Of a stretch of DNA of 42,476 bases, positions 8,369 through 19,161 are shown one piece after another. The notes beneath the pieces are model-generated. The model searched no databases and was not told the DNA's origin. It saw nothing but the letters and a program-made list of their open reading frames with translations. Both the position numbers and the translations under genes were made by a program. The DNA is from Escherichia phage forsur: sequence record MN850617.1; one strand, written 5' to 3'. The stretch's first letter is position 1; each line of letters starts with the position of its first letter.

Positions 8369-9361
8369 ATGGCCGACAACTACTATCAGCCGAATCAGTT
8401 CCGTCCACACTGGGGTGGTGCGAACTCTGATAACGACATTCACCTTGAGGTGTATGACCGTGATGTGCAGACCCAGTTCATCTACAACTCCATCTTCCGC
8501 AGCGGCCTGACCAACTTCAAGTCTGTTGCGAACCAGTCCAACACTTGGCGTGGCGACCGTCTCGGCTCCGTGTCTGTGAAGGGCCGTAAGTCTGGTCAGT
8601 CTCTGGACAACCAGCCAGTTCGCTCTGAGAAGCTGATTGTCACTGTGGATACCGTGTCTTACATCCGTATCCCGATTGACTATCAGGACGACTGGACTGC
8701 GCCGGACTTCCGTGCTGAGCTGACCCGTAACATGGGTACTGCACAGGCGAAAGCGTTCGACCAAGCGCACGTCATCCAGCTCCAGAAGTCTGCTGACTTC
8801 GTTCCTCCGACCTCTCTGGCAGGCGCGTTCAACTCCGGTATCAAGGAGAAAGTAACGCTGACTGGCACCGTGGCTTCTGAGGAAGACGATGCAAGCGCAC
8901 TGGTGCATGGTCACAAGAAAGTCATTGAGGCGTTCATTCGCCGCGACGCCGACCTTGGCCGTCTGGTAACGCTGATTGACCCGGCGTGGTTCAGCATCCT
9001 GCTGGAGCACAAGAAACTGATGAACGTTGAGTTCACTGGTGGTCGTGGTGTGAACGACTTCGCTATGCGTCGTGTTGCTTACGTGAACGGTATCCGTATC
9101 ATCGAGAGCAACGCATTCCCGCAGGCAGCAATCACCAACCACATCCTCGGTGCCGACTTCAACGTCACCGCCGAAGAAATCAAGCGTAAGATGATTATCT
9201 TCGACCCGTCTCTGGCTCTGGTCACTGTCGAAGCCCAACCGCTATTCAACCGCGTGTGGGATGACGAACGTGAACTGACCAACGTTCTGGACAGCTTCCA
9301 CATGTACACCGTGGGTCAGCGTCGTCCTGACGTGGTAGGCGTGGTTACTACCGAAGCCTAA
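8369..9361 (+). CDS. major capsid protein
   Basis: 330-aa ORF in the conserved position after the scaffold gene, followed by a hairpin terminator as in T7-like phages; RBS AAGGA upstream. Confidence 0.85.
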   Translation: MADNYYQPNQFRPHWGGANSDNDIHLEVYDRDVQTQFIYNSIFRSGLTNFKSVANQSNTWRGDRLGSVSVKGRKSGQSLDNQPVRSEKLIVTVDTVSYIRIPIDYQDDWTAPDFRAELTRNMGTAQAKAFDQAHVIQLQKSADFVPPTSLAGAFNSGIKEKVTLTGTVASEEDDASALVHGHKKVIEAFIRRDADLGRLVTLIDPAWFSILLEHKKLMNVEFTGGRGVNDFAMRRVAYVNGIRIIESNAFPQAAITNHILGADFNVTAEEIKRKMIIFDPSLALVTVEAQPLFNRVWDDERELTNVLDSFHMYTVGQRRPDVVGVVTTEA

Positions 9362-9371
9362 TGGTAAACTC

Positions 9372-9394
9372 GAAGCCCTTCATTGAGGGGCTTC
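9372..9394 (+). terminator. hairpin downstream of capsid gene (terminator candidate)
   Basis: GAAGCCC-TTCATTGAG-GGGCTTC, a perfect 7-bp stem followed by TATGATTAT; position is analogous to the T7 terminator after gene 10. Confidence 0.5.
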
Positions 9395-9427
9395 TATGAT
9401 TATCGTTACTCACCCAAAGGAGGGTGC

Positions 9428-9616
9428 ATGAAAGTCATTGTTGCTGATAACGCTGGTGTTTCCTACCACATACCTGAGAGTCACATCTTCTGCTACTACG
9501 CAGATGCCACTGACCCTACGAAGACCACCGTTGTCCACGCAGCGAACGGCACGCAAATCTACAAGAGCACCTTCGACGGTACGCCTGCGGATTTGGATGC
9601 CATACTTACCAGTTAA
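9428..9616 (+). CDS. hypothetical protein (62 aa)
   Basis: ATG 9428 preceded by AAAGGAGGG; lies between capsid and tail tubular A genes. Confidence 0.5.
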   Translation: MKVIVADNAGVSYHIPESHIFCYYADATDPTKTTVVHAANGTQIYKSTFDGTPADLDAILTS

Positions 9617-9628
9617 TGGAGACATGCT

Positions 9629-10177
9629 GTGACTCTACTCGAAGCAGTTAACATTGTTCTTCGGGCATTGTCTGAGCACACCGTATCATCCACAGAGATT
9701 CGTAACCCGTCCGTCACGCTTGCCCTTGACAAGATTAACGTGGCGACGGAGGAAGTTCTCACTGATGGCTGGTGGTTCAACAATATCCGAATCACCATTC
9801 CACGCGAGTCGGATGGTCGAGTCAAATATCCCGCAGACGCACTGAGCTTCATCCCCGATGGGTTTGAGTGTATTGTGCGAGGCGGGTATCTTTACAACGC
9901 GCAATCCCAAACCTTTGTTTTTACTGAGGATGTTCCGGGATTGGTTACTTATGATTTGGGGTGGGATGACCTACCGAGTCCTGTTCAACGACTCATTGCA
10001 TATCAAGCAGCTATCTCAGCTTACGCCGACGACATTGGGGATAACCCTCCGGCCAGCGTGACAGGCGGCTATGCCATGGCGTTGCAGCAGTGCCAGTCAA
10101 TCCATACCCGTCAACGTCGATTCAATGCACGCCAGCGTCAGAGCTGGTGGCGATATGAGAGTGCTCGGAGAGGATAA
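9629..10177 (+). CDS. tail tubular protein A
   Basis: 182 aa, GTG start; N-terminus VNIVLRALSEHTVSS...DKINVATEEVLTDGWWFN parallels recalled T7 gp11 (VNDILASIGEPPVS...NKINRQIQSRGWTFN). Confidence 0.85.
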   Translation: MTLLEAVNIVLRALSEHTVSSTEIRNPSVTLALDKINVATEEVLTDGWWFNNIRITIPRESDGRVKYPADALSFIPDGFECIVRGGYLYNAQSQTFVFTEDVPGLVTYDLGWDDLPSPVQRLIAYQAAISAYADDIGDNPPASVTGGYAMALQQCQSIHTRQRRFNARQRQSWWRYESARRG

Positions 10178-12621
10178 TGCCAGTATACCAAGGCGCTTAT
10201 AAATCCATCCTCGGCGGCGTGAGCCAGCAGGTCTATACTGACCGCCAGCTATCGCAGGTTGAGGAACAGGTCAATATGACCTCTGACACCGTGCGTGGCC
10301 TGCGTAAACGCCCCGGCACCCGCGACACTAAACTGGTGGACTCCACCAACGCCAGTGTCTGGAGCCTTGGTAACTTTGGCCACCTGCGCTTTTACACAAC
10401 CAACCTCGGATGGGGTGTCACTACCTTCGTGGTCAATACGCTGACCGGGTACGTCACCTCATTCGTTGAGACTGAGACTGTCCAATTCATGGGGCAGTCC
10501 AACTACCTGATTACCTCCAACCCTGACGACATTGTATTCACGACCGTGGGCAACACGATGTATGTGGCCAACTGTTCTAAGCTGCCTGTTTTGCTTGAGA
10601 ACGAAACGCGAATGAATCCGGGTCGCCGGGGTTACTTTTTCGTTTTGGCTGGTGCCTATGGCAAGCAGTACACTGTTCGCATCGAGACGAGCGGCGGCGC
10701 ATACAGTGCCACGTACACTACACCGGATGGTACAGACCCCGGTGACTCTACACAAGCCACACCAGAGTACATCATTGGTCAGTTGAAGACTCAGCTCGAT
10801 ACTGCCATCGGAGGCGCTACCGGGCTTGAGGTTGTGCAGACGGACGGGGCGTACATGTACCTCCAGACGACTGCCGCTTACACTGACCTGAACGTGTCCA
10901 CGAACACTGGCTCAACGTATGCCATCGCATCAAACACTCACAGGGTTGACCTGACCACCAAGCTCCCGGCACGCCTGCCGACTCAGGCTGGTGGCTTCAT
11001 CATGACCGTGGGTGATGACAGCTTTGCGCAATACTTCCAGTGGGATTACGCCAACTCGCGCTGGGTGGAGAAGGGTGCCTACGGCTCACCGACCGGGATT
11101 AACCCCAGTGGTATGCCGCTGGTATTCAACACGACCAGCACGCTCAATCAGCACTCGTTCGCTCAAGGCTCTTGGCCGGGGCGTACTGCTGGCGATGACA
11201 AGACCAACGCCATTCCTGCATTCACCGACGCCAATGGCGTGGGTATCACTGGGCTGGCATCGTTCCAAGGTCGCCTGATTATCTTCTCTGGCCCGTACAT
11301 CACCATGGGTTCCAGCGACAAGGATGACCGGACTAACTTCTTCCGCACCACTGTGACCCAGTTGCTGGAGAGTGACCGCATTGAGTTCACCGCGTCGAGC
11401 TTCGCTGGCGCATCGTTCCGGTATGGCATCCCGTTCAACTCTGACCTGATTCTGGCCAGTGAAGAACATCAGGCCGTCATCCCCGGACGTAACCAGATTC
11501 TGTCACCGAGCAACGCCACGGCTGTGCTCACCTCGACGTACCAGATGGACACTGGCGTAGCGCCGACCACCTCTGGCCGCAGCCTGTATTATTCGTACCC
11601 GCGTTCGAACAGCTCGTTCTCCATCAAGGAGATGCTGCCGTCCGGCTACACGGATTTGCAGTACGTGAGTCAGGACGTGACCGACCACCTGCCGACCTAT
11701 CTGGAAGGGGCTAACAGCTACATCTCTGCCAGCACCACGAACAACATCGTCGTGTTTGGCTCGACCACTGAGCGCTCGACACTGTACGTGAACGAGTACC
11801 TCTGGTCAGGGGATGAGAAGGTAATGTCCTCGTGGCATCGCTGGGAGCTGTACGGCACTATCCACGCAGCGTGGTTCGTCCGTGAGGTTCTGGTGGCGCT
11901 GGTTGAGCAGAATGGCCACATGCACATGCTCACGCTGTCTATGCGTGATTCACCAGACCCGACTGACCCAGCACGATTCCTGCCTGCGATGGACTATGCG
12001 CAGAACATGACCGTGACCAACCCAAGCACTGATAGCTCGTACATCCAGTTCGCTGCCGATGGCGTGCAGAAAGCGCTGTGGGATATTATTCAGGCCCGGT
12101 ATCTGGCCGATGGCAACACTGACTTCATGACCACGGTTGTGCCGTCCGGCGACTACATTGGTGCCGAGGTCGGTATCAAGTCAGTGGATACCACGAACCG
12201 CCGTCTGTACCTGCAACCATCTTATGGCTCCACAACTCTGTGGGTTGGCCTGCGCTTCACAGCACTGTTCAGTCCGACGCCGCCGCGCATCTTCAATGGT
12301 GACGGCTCGTACATGGACGTGAACAAGATGGTCGTGATGTTCTACAACTTCACCCTGCGGTACACCAGCCTGTTCAATATCACGGCGACTGACCGGGGAG
12401 CATACGACGCCTACAACATTGAGTCCAGCCCGATTCGTTACACCAGTAAGGAACTCGGATTGGAATCTGCAATGCTGGCGAAACGTGCGCACCTGAAAGT
12501 TCGCATGGGCCTTGAGGTCGAATCCAGCAGCATGGTCGTTGATTCGTCTACGGCTGGCGACCTGAATATTCAGGGGCTGGGTTATTACGTCAAGTTCTAC
12601 AATCGCACTCGGAGAATTTAA
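10177..12621 (+). CDS. tail tubular protein B
   Basis: 814 aa; N-terminus KSILGGVSQQ...GLRKRP parallels recalled T7 gp12 (KNLKGGISQQ...GLQKRP); conserved position. Confidence 0.9.
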   Translation: MPVYQGAYKSILGGVSQQVYTDRQLSQVEEQVNMTSDTVRGLRKRPGTRDTKLVDSTNASVWSLGNFGHLRFYTTNLGWGVTTFVVNTLTGYVTSFVETETVQFMGQSNYLITSNPDDIVFTTVGNTMYVANCSKLPVLLENETRMNPGRRGYFFVLAGAYGKQYTVRIETSGGAYSATYTTPDGTDPGDSTQATPEYIIGQLKTQLDTAIGGATGLEVVQTDGAYMYLQTTAAYTDLNVSTNTGSTYAIASNTHRVDLTTKLPARLPTQAGGFIMTVGDDSFAQYFQWDYANSRWVEKGAYGSPTGINPSGMPLVFNTTSTLNQHSFAQGSWPGRTAGDDKTNAIPAFTDANGVGITGLASFQGRLIIFSGPYITMGSSDKDDRTNFFRTTVTQLLESDRIEFTASSFAGASFRYGIPFNSDLILASEEHQAVIPGRNQILSPSNATAVLTSTYQMDTGVAPTTSGRSLYYSYPRSNSSFSIKEMLPSGYTDLQYVSQDVTDHLPTYLEGANSYISASTTNNIVVFGSTTERSTLYVNEYLWSGDEKVMSSWHRWELYGTIHAAWFVREVLVALVEQNGHMHMLTLSMRDSPDPTDPARFLPAMDYAQNMTVTNPSTDSSYIQFAADGVQKALWDIIQARYLADGNTDFMTTVVPSGDYIGAEVGIKSVDTTNRRLYLQPSYGSTTLWVGLRFTALFSPTPPRIFNGDGSYMDVNKMVVMFYNFTLRYTSLFNITATDRGAYDAYNIESSPIRYTSKELGLESAMLAKRAHLKVRMGLEVESSSMVVDSSTAGDLNIQGLGYYVKFYNRTRRI

Positions 12622-12623
12622 AT

Positions 12624-13358
12624 ATGGGTTGGGCAGCTTTTGCTAAAGCTGGTGCCGACGCCACGAACTCTTTCATCACCACCTATGCTCAAGGACGAGC
12701 AGAGCGTGCGCAGATGAAAGCTGTGCAGGCAGAGAACGAACGCCTGAACAAGCAGACGTGGCAGGCAATGGGCCAGCGCATCAACACCGTCAATCTCCAG
12801 CGTGGCCTACTCCGGCAGCAAACTGGCACCGACCTGTACAACATCAACAAGGAAGCTAACCGGGCAGCAGGTGCCAGCATCAACAACGCCGCCGCCGCTG
12901 GTATTGAAGGTGCATCGGTTGACGAATCAGTCAACGATATCAGTCGTCAGAATCAGGAAAGCCAAGCGCAGACCCGGTTCAATGAGCAGATTCAGGAGAT
13001 GAATCTGGACACGAGCATTGAGGATATTGTGAACACGGCAGTCGCCGCACAGCGATACTCTCAGAAACCTGCAAGCAACAGCATGATTGTTGGCCGCGCC
13101 ATCGGCGTGTCTGCAATGCAGTTCGCTTCCAGCCTCGCGCAGACCAGCTTCGACTACATGCCTACTGAGGGTGCCAAAGGCACAGGTACTCAGGGTGGTA
13201 GCGGATTGGGCGGCCTGTCCGGGAATACTGGTGCGAGCACGGTTCAGCTCGGTACTACCAATTGGATGCAGAAAGCTGGGGAATTTGACCCGGTTCCTGC
13301 TCAGTACAGTTCTAATCGCTACACGGGCTACAGCTCCGGTAGCTTGTTTGGGGGCTAA
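12624..13358 (+). CDS. internal virion protein (gp14-like position)
   Basis: 244 aa, first of three consecutive ORFs between the tail tubular B and tail fiber genes; call is by position and size. Confidence 0.65.
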   Translation: MGWAAFAKAGADATNSFITTYAQGRAERAQMKAVQAENERLNKQTWQAMGQRINTVNLQRGLLRQQTGTDLYNINKEANRAAGASINNAAAAGIEGASVDESVNDISRQNQESQAQTRFNEQIQEMNLDTSIEDIVNTAVAAQRYSQKPASNSMIVGRAIGVSAMQFASSLAQTSFDYMPTEGAKGTGTQGGSGLGGLSGNTGASTVQLGTTNWMQKAGEFDPVPAQYSSNRYTGYSSGSLFGG

Positions 13359-13360
13359 TC

Positions 13361-16057
13361 ATGCCAATTATGCGTGACCAGCGTGGCGCAAATCTCAACG
13401 CTGCGCAACAGGGCGTACCGAATGTGCAGCAGGCTCAGACTCCGTTTAGTCTCGCAGGCCGCGATACTCGCATCGACACGTTCCCTACTGAGTCCATCCA
13501 GCGCGTACTCAACATGGCCAGTCAGTTGGCTGGCCGTGTCACTGAGCGTGCTAACGAGGAAGAATATCTCAAAGGTGCCAACGCCGCCGCGAGCGGTAAG
13601 GCTGTTGAGGATTTGGATTCGAACTGGCTGACTGCACAGTTCCAGAAAGCTGGTTATAACGACCAATTCAAGCGTATGCAGATGGCTGGCGTAGCCTCTG
13701 AAATCTCGGCCAACATGACCGAGTACGCTAAAATGTCTCCGCAAGACTTCCTGAAAGTCATTGATGAGAAGACTACCGGGCTGTTCGACAATACCGATGG
13801 TATGACCCTTCGCGGTCGCCAGTCGCTGCTGGAGAACCAGCTCACGTTCAGCAACACCCTGATTCGCACGCAGGCTGCGCAGCACGGTAAGTATCTGGTT
13901 GAGCAGCGTGCAGCAATGTACAACTCTCAGGGTAACACTCTGGTTACTCTGGCGGCTCAGGCCAAAGCATCCGGCGACGGCGGTGCGTATGCAAACGCCA
14001 CGGCTGCTACCATGGCTTGGGCTAAGTCCATTCTGGCCGATGACAAGCTGCCGCTGGAAACCCGGCGCACGCAGGTCACGTCCATGATGGGCCTGATGCT
14101 TTCGCAGGATTTGCGTACCCCGGTCGAGACGGCGGTTAACTCCGGCCTGTTCAACGACCTGCCTGCTGAGGACTTGGCCAAGCTGCAAGGTCAGATTCGT
14201 GAATCCAAATCTCGTACCGAGGTTCAGGATAACATGGGTCTGCTGGAGGCAAAGGGTCAGCTTGATGCTCGTCAGGCTGTGTTTGGTGACGTTACGCCGG
14301 GCCAGTACGGTCAGGTGCTCCAGCAGTTGGTGGACAACAAGCTCATCACTGCTTCCGGGTACAGCTCTGCTATCGAGTCCTTCTACAAGGATTACGCCAA
14401 GCAAGCCAAGGCCAGCCAGCTCGGTCAGGCATATGCCACCGGGAACCAGACGTACATGCTCCAGCAGGGCGCGAGTGAGCAGGATGGTGCTGACGCATTC
14501 ATCAAAGCTCGCATGAAGCAGCCGGGCGCTACGGCCAGTTCTGTGGCATTCGACCTGCTGCAAGTTGGCGCACAGACTGGCTTCCCATCTGCGTACAAAT
14601 CCGCAGCCAAACTGATTGAGCCATCCCTGTCGAACTTCGGCACCGTGGATGAGATGAACCCGGATGCTGCCCGTACTGTCACTGGTCTGATTGACCGTGT
14701 GACTGTGGCAGAAAATCAGGGTGACAAGACCGCATGGACTAAACTCCTGTCCGGTCTGTCTGAGGAAAACCAAGAGAAGATGGTGTACATGCGCGAGCAG
14801 ATTAAAGCTGGCCGCACCATCGACCAAGCTGGTCAGGGTTACATCAAGCAGCAGCAGGACTACGCTGGCTTGACCCCTGCTCAGAAATCCCAAATCTTAA
14901 CACAGCGTCAATCTGACGTGAACAGTGTAGTCAACTCACTTGAGTCCCAAGGCTTCTTATCTCGCACTTGGCAGGGCTTAGCTGGTCTGTTCTCAGACAC
15001 TCAGCAGAACCTGTTCCAAGCTCGCGTCGCATCTGGTGACATTACTGCTGCTCAGGAAATGTCGGAGGTGTCTGCCGCGTACCGCGAAGAACTGCAAGCC
15101 GTGGTGCTCAAGAACCCGAACATCACGAAAGACGGTATGGAAGCGCTTGCGTCTGCGAAGCTGGCCAACCGCGTGCTGCGCGTCGGGGAGACTACGTTCA
15201 GTCCCGGCTCTGTGCTTATCGCTCCGAGAAACCAAACTGTTCAGTCTATGCTTGGCCTGCCTGCTGACGTGGCACCTGACCGTATCGGTCGCGCCATCGC
15301 CTCACTTGACCAGAGCAAGGCACCAGAAGGTTTCGAATCGTCGTACTCGTTTATGCCCGATGGCTCACTGAACGTTCAGTTCTTCAACAAGACGGGTGAC
15401 GTTTCCCCGAACAGCTACCGGATTACGCCGCAGGCTATTCAGGAACGTATCCGTGAAGACGACCGTGCAGCCGCCACCGCAAATAACGAAGTCTACGGTG
15501 ATGGGAAACTCTTTGTCGATAAGTCCAGCAACATCGGGATTCGTGTCAATGGCGTGAATACTGCCGGGGTTGATGAGCAGCGTATGCTCTATGCCCGTGG
15601 TAAGCTGATTGAGTTCGAAGGTATCCGCAACACCACGTATCGTGACAGCACTGGCGTCCAGACCAACGGCATCGGTATCTCTGACCGCAGCCCGTACTTC
15701 TCTGAGGGTCAGGCTTCTGGTATGCGCGGTGGTACTGAATGGTCGCCTCGTACAATTCACGACACGTTCGTCAATCACACCAACATGGTAGCCCGGCAGA
15801 TGCCCGGTACTGCGGCAGCGCTGGGGTGGAGTCGTGACAACGACGCCCAGTTCCAGTTCATGATGCAGATTGGTTATCAGGCTGGCGCAAGCTGGTATCG
15901 CAACGAGGGTGCGTACAGCAAGCTGGCTGATGCTATCCGTGTTGGCGACCGTGACAAGGCTGTTCAGGCTCTGGCTGCGACTCCGGCTTACAAGCTGTCG
16001 CAGGATGAGCGCAAGCAGTATTACGTCCAAACTCTACTCGCAGGTATGCAGGAATGA
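13361..16057 (+). CDS. internal virion protein (gp15-like position)
   Basis: 898 aa; call is by position and size. Confidence 0.7.
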   Translation: MPIMRDQRGANLNAAQQGVPNVQQAQTPFSLAGRDTRIDTFPTESIQRVLNMASQLAGRVTERANEEEYLKGANAAASGKAVEDLDSNWLTAQFQKAGYNDQFKRMQMAGVASEISANMTEYAKMSPQDFLKVIDEKTTGLFDNTDGMTLRGRQSLLENQLTFSNTLIRTQAAQHGKYLVEQRAAMYNSQGNTLVTLAAQAKASGDGGAYANATAATMAWAKSILADDKLPLETRRTQVTSMMGLMLSQDLRTPVETAVNSGLFNDLPAEDLAKLQGQIRESKSRTEVQDNMGLLEAKGQLDARQAVFGDVTPGQYGQVLQQLVDNKLITASGYSSAIESFYKDYAKQAKASQLGQAYATGNQTYMLQQGASEQDGADAFIKARMKQPGATASSVAFDLLQVGAQTGFPSAYKSAAKLIEPSLSNFGTVDEMNPDAARTVTGLIDRVTVAENQGDKTAWTKLLSGLSEENQEKMVYMREQIKAGRTIDQAGQGYIKQQQDYAGLTPAQKSQILTQRQSDVNSVVNSLESQGFLSRTWQGLAGLFSDTQQNLFQARVASGDITAAQEMSEVSAAYREELQAVVLKNPNITKDGMEALASAKLANRVLRVGETTFSPGSVLIAPRNQTVQSMLGLPADVAPDRIGRAIASLDQSKAPEGFESSYSFMPDGSLNVQFFNKTGDVSPNSYRITPQAIQERIREDDRAAATANNEVYGDGKLFVDKSSNIGIRVNGVNTAGVDEQRMLYARGKLIEFEGIRNTTYRDSTGVQTNGIGISDRSPYFSEGQASGMRGGTEWSPRTIHDTFVNHTNMVARQMPGTAAALGWSRDNDAQFQFMMQIGYQAGASWYRNEGAYSKLADAIRVGDRDKAVQALAATPAYKLSQDERKQYYVQTLLAGMQE

Positions 16058-19000
16058 TTACACAAGAATCGCTCGACAAGTTCATGGCTCCCAAGCAGGG
16101 GGCCAACGCCCCTACGCTGGTGATTCCAGCTCCCGTAAAAGCTGAGACGCTCAGCACTCCACTGCAAGACGCCACTCGTCAGGGTGCCGTTGAGCAGTTT
16201 GATAAGATGCAGGAACTGGAAGCGACACCAATCGCCACGGCTTTGAGCGCTTCTGTGAAGAACTGGGATACCACTCAGCTCTTTGATGCGGCACTCAACA
16301 AGCCTGTGTTTCAGGCTGACCCGAACTTCCACCCGAACGAGGCATTGCAGAATGTCCAGTTCCCGGTGACTGAGGATGACCGCACATTCCTGTTCAAGTC
16401 CAAATCAATGGACGAGTTCAACTGGCGTACACAGCAGCTCCAAGAGATGCGCGAACGTACCCAGTTGGCTCACACTGCGCCAGTGATGAACGCAGTGCTG
16501 CAATTCGCTGACCCGCTGTACCTCGCCACTGACCTGCTCTCGATGGGAGCAGGCACTGCCCTGAAACTTGGTCGCCTCGGAACCGCCGCTGTCGGTGCAG
16601 CTTCAACTGCTGCCACTATGACAGCGGTGGGTAACGAAGCACGCCCAGTGTCTCAGAACGAGATTATCTTTGCGGCTGCCCTGCACGGGGCGGCCACCAC
16701 TGCATTCTATCGCCCCGCCGCTGCGCCAGCCCGTCGCCTTGATGAGCTGTCGCCGGAGGAATTTGCGGCAGAGATGCAGCGCCGTAACGGTATTGACCCG
16801 AACAACCCTCCGCAGTTCGACCCGAACAATGCCATGTCTCCGCTGGCAATGTCACTGGGCTTCGGGCGTCGCGGTGCCATGGAGACTGACGAGGTTCCTG
16901 AATCCATCCGGGCTGCGGCTCAGCGTGGACTCGACCTCGCTCGCCGTGGTGAGCAGACCAACCCTAAGCGTCCATTCCTTGAGTGGTCACTGTTCAAGTC
17001 GTTCAGTCAGCATTCTGACGAAGCCAGTGCTCTGGCCGGGCGTCTGCTGGATGACCCGCTGAATCCGAACATGACCTCTGCTGCTGCAATCCAGCGCGAG
17101 ACTCAGGCTCGCTTCGGTGTGCTGCTGAACCAGTATGAAGACACCCTGCGTAACGCCCTGACCACTGATGGCTGGAGTAACCTCCGGCGCTTCCGTGACC
17201 CGGTAGGCTATCGCCGGGCGCAGCAGGAGTTCGAGGCTGCTGTTCGTCTTGAGCTGGACAAGCGCATGATTGACAACAACTTCCGTGGCGCTAACCCGAA
17301 TGTGGCCGCTGCCGCCGACCGACTGGGCGAATACTCTCGCGCCGTGGGCCGGGAGCTGGAACGCAAGGGGATGGTTGAGCCGGGCTTCGTGGAGAAGAAC
17401 CCGTACTACTACCCTCGCCGGATGAACGTGACCAAGATTGAGCAGGCTGAGCAGTTGCTCGGTAAGAAGCCATTCATGAAGCAGATGACGACTGCTGTGC
17501 AGCGCGGCATCGGTACTGACCGACCGACTGCCAACGTCATTGCCCATGCCATGGTAGAGCGTGCTCGCCGTAAGGGTTACGGTATTGACAACTCCGGTAT
17601 GATTATCAACAAGGAGGGCCGCGATGAGCTGCTCGAAATCATTGAGAACTCGAAAGGACTCGACGAGGCTGCCAAGGCCCGTGCTTCCGCACTCCTTCGT
17701 GAATCTGGCTCGGACGCTGGCCGACCGTCGATGCTCAAGAGTCGTATCAACATCGACATGATGCACCAGCTCGGCCCTAACTTGCAGGTGCGTGACCTAT
17801 TCGACGACAGCATCACCAGCATGATGGATGCGTACAACCGCCGCATTACCGGGCGACTGGCTCTGCATGAAGCTGGACTGGGTACTGACGCCGAACGCGC
17901 TGCTGCTCGTGAGGCTCTGGCCAAATCCATCAAGGATGGTACGGCTCGTCGTCAGGCGCTGGAGCAGTATGACAACATCATGGCTTATTATCAGGGTGCT
18001 CCGGTCGGTGAGGAAATGCCGCAGTTCATGCGCCAGCTCTCAGCACTGACTCAGGCTACTGGTCTGGCTGCATCCGGTCTGTGGCAGTTGGTGGAATACG
18101 GCACGATGATGCAACGTTTTGGGGCGGTCAATACATTTCGCGCCATGATGCGCACAATCCCGGAAGCACGCGCATTATTTAAGCAGATGAGAGTGACTAC
18201 TAAGGAAGGTCGTCAGTTGGCCTTGGATGCTGAGGAAGCTCTGACTGCTGCGGTGGCGAGCGATATTCGTATGCGTCCAATCATGCAGCACTATGACGAC
18301 ATGTTCTCTGCTGACAAGTCACCGTGGGTTATGCGTCTTGAGCACGCCCGTGACGCCACGATGTTCATCAACATGCAGAAATACATCCACTTCCACCAGA
18401 CTCGAACCAACGCAGCTCTCGTGATGCAGACGCTGCGCAAGGCAGCAGAAGGTGATGCCAAGGCTATTGCCGCGATGAAAACCTATGGTGCCAATGATGC
18501 GCTGCTGGCTGATATCCGTAAGCAGGTTGCCAAGTCCGGCACCAAGCCGGATGCGTGGGATGAGGGTGTGTTCAACCGTACCCGCATCGTCATGATTAAC
18601 GCCATGGATGACGCTATTGTTCGCGCCCGTGTGGGCGAGCTGCCTGCATTCGCAGAGTTCAGTACCCTCGGTAAGTTCCTGTTTACGTTCCGTCGATTCG
18701 TCGCGGCTACGCACAACAAGACTCTGGTTGGTACTTGGAATCGTGAGGGTGCCCGTGGCATGGCTACGCTCATGGCGTACCAGTATCCGCTGGCGATGAT
18801 GGCCACCGCTGCCAACAACGTGATTTCCGGTAAAGCATTCTCTGACCCGGAAACCATGGCACCTAACAAGCTGGCTAGTCAAGCGCTGAATTACCTTGGT
18901 GCTATCGGCTTTGCCTCTGAGTTCACTGGTGTCCTGACTGGTCAGCAGCGTAGCTTCGGTGCGCCGGGGCTGCTGTTCCTTGACCGCGCTTATGGTGTGG

Positions 19001-19161
19001 CGGGTGCAGCTACCAGCGCTGCTGGCGGCGTGCTGACTGGCGATACCGAGCAGGCAGTGTCCGGCGCTCGTAAAGCGGCAGGTAACATCATCCAAGCTAT
19101 CCCACTCATCTCAATCGTGCCGGGCGTCCGAGCACTCAACGAAGCAGTTAAGGGTGAATAA
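16054..19161 (+). CDS. internal virion / ejection protein (gp16-like position)
   Basis: 1035 aa, start overlaps upstream stop (ATGA); call is by position and size; no lysozyme motif recognised. Confidence 0.7.
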   Translation: MITQESLDKFMAPKQGANAPTLVIPAPVKAETLSTPLQDATRQGAVEQFDKMQELEATPIATALSASVKNWDTTQLFDAALNKPVFQADPNFHPNEALQNVQFPVTEDDRTFLFKSKSMDEFNWRTQQLQEMRERTQLAHTAPVMNAVLQFADPLYLATDLLSMGAGTALKLGRLGTAAVGAASTAATMTAVGNEARPVSQNEIIFAAALHGAATTAFYRPAAAPARRLDELSPEEFAAEMQRRNGIDPNNPPQFDPNNAMSPLAMSLGFGRRGAMETDEVPESIRAAAQRGLDLARRGEQTNPKRPFLEWSLFKSFSQHSDEASALAGRLLDDPLNPNMTSAAAIQRETQARFGVLLNQYEDTLRNALTTDGWSNLRRFRDPVGYRRAQQEFEAAVRLELDKRMIDNNFRGANPNVAAAADRLGEYSRAVGRELERKGMVEPGFVEKNPYYYPRRMNVTKIEQAEQLLGKKPFMKQMTTAVQRGIGTDRPTANVIAHAMVERARRKGYGIDNSGMIINKEGRDELLEIIENSKGLDEAAKARASALLRESGSDAGRPSMLKSRINIDMMHQLGPNLQVRDLFDDSITSMMDAYNRRITGRLALHEAGLGTDAERAAAREALAKSIKDGTARRQALEQYDNIMAYYQGAPVGEEMPQFMRQLSALTQATGLAASGLWQLVEYGTMMQRFGAVNTFRAMMRTIPEARALFKQMRVTTKEGRQLALDAEEALTAAVASDIRMRPIMQHYDDMFSADKSPWVMRLEHARDATMFINMQKYIHFHQTRTNAALVMQTLRKAAEGDAKAIAAMKTYGANDALLADIRKQVAKSGTKPDAWDEGVFNRTRIVMINAMDDAIVRARVGELPAFAEFSTLGKFLFTFRRFVAATHNKTLVGTWNREGARGMATLMAYQYPLAMMATAANNVISGKAFSDPETMAPNKLASQALNYLGAIGFASEFTGVLTGQQRSFGAPGLLFLDRAYGVAGAATSAAGGVLTGDTEQAVSGARKAAGNIIQAIPLISIVPGVRALNEAVKGE

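Noticed and set aside
13355-14893. Long minus-strand ORFs (e.g. 13355..14893, 7685..9238, 5918..6550, 18319..19095, 19725..20420)
   Set aside because: All lie antisense to + strand genes with strong motif or positional support; the genome is otherwise strictly unidirectional and no RBS or motif was recognised.
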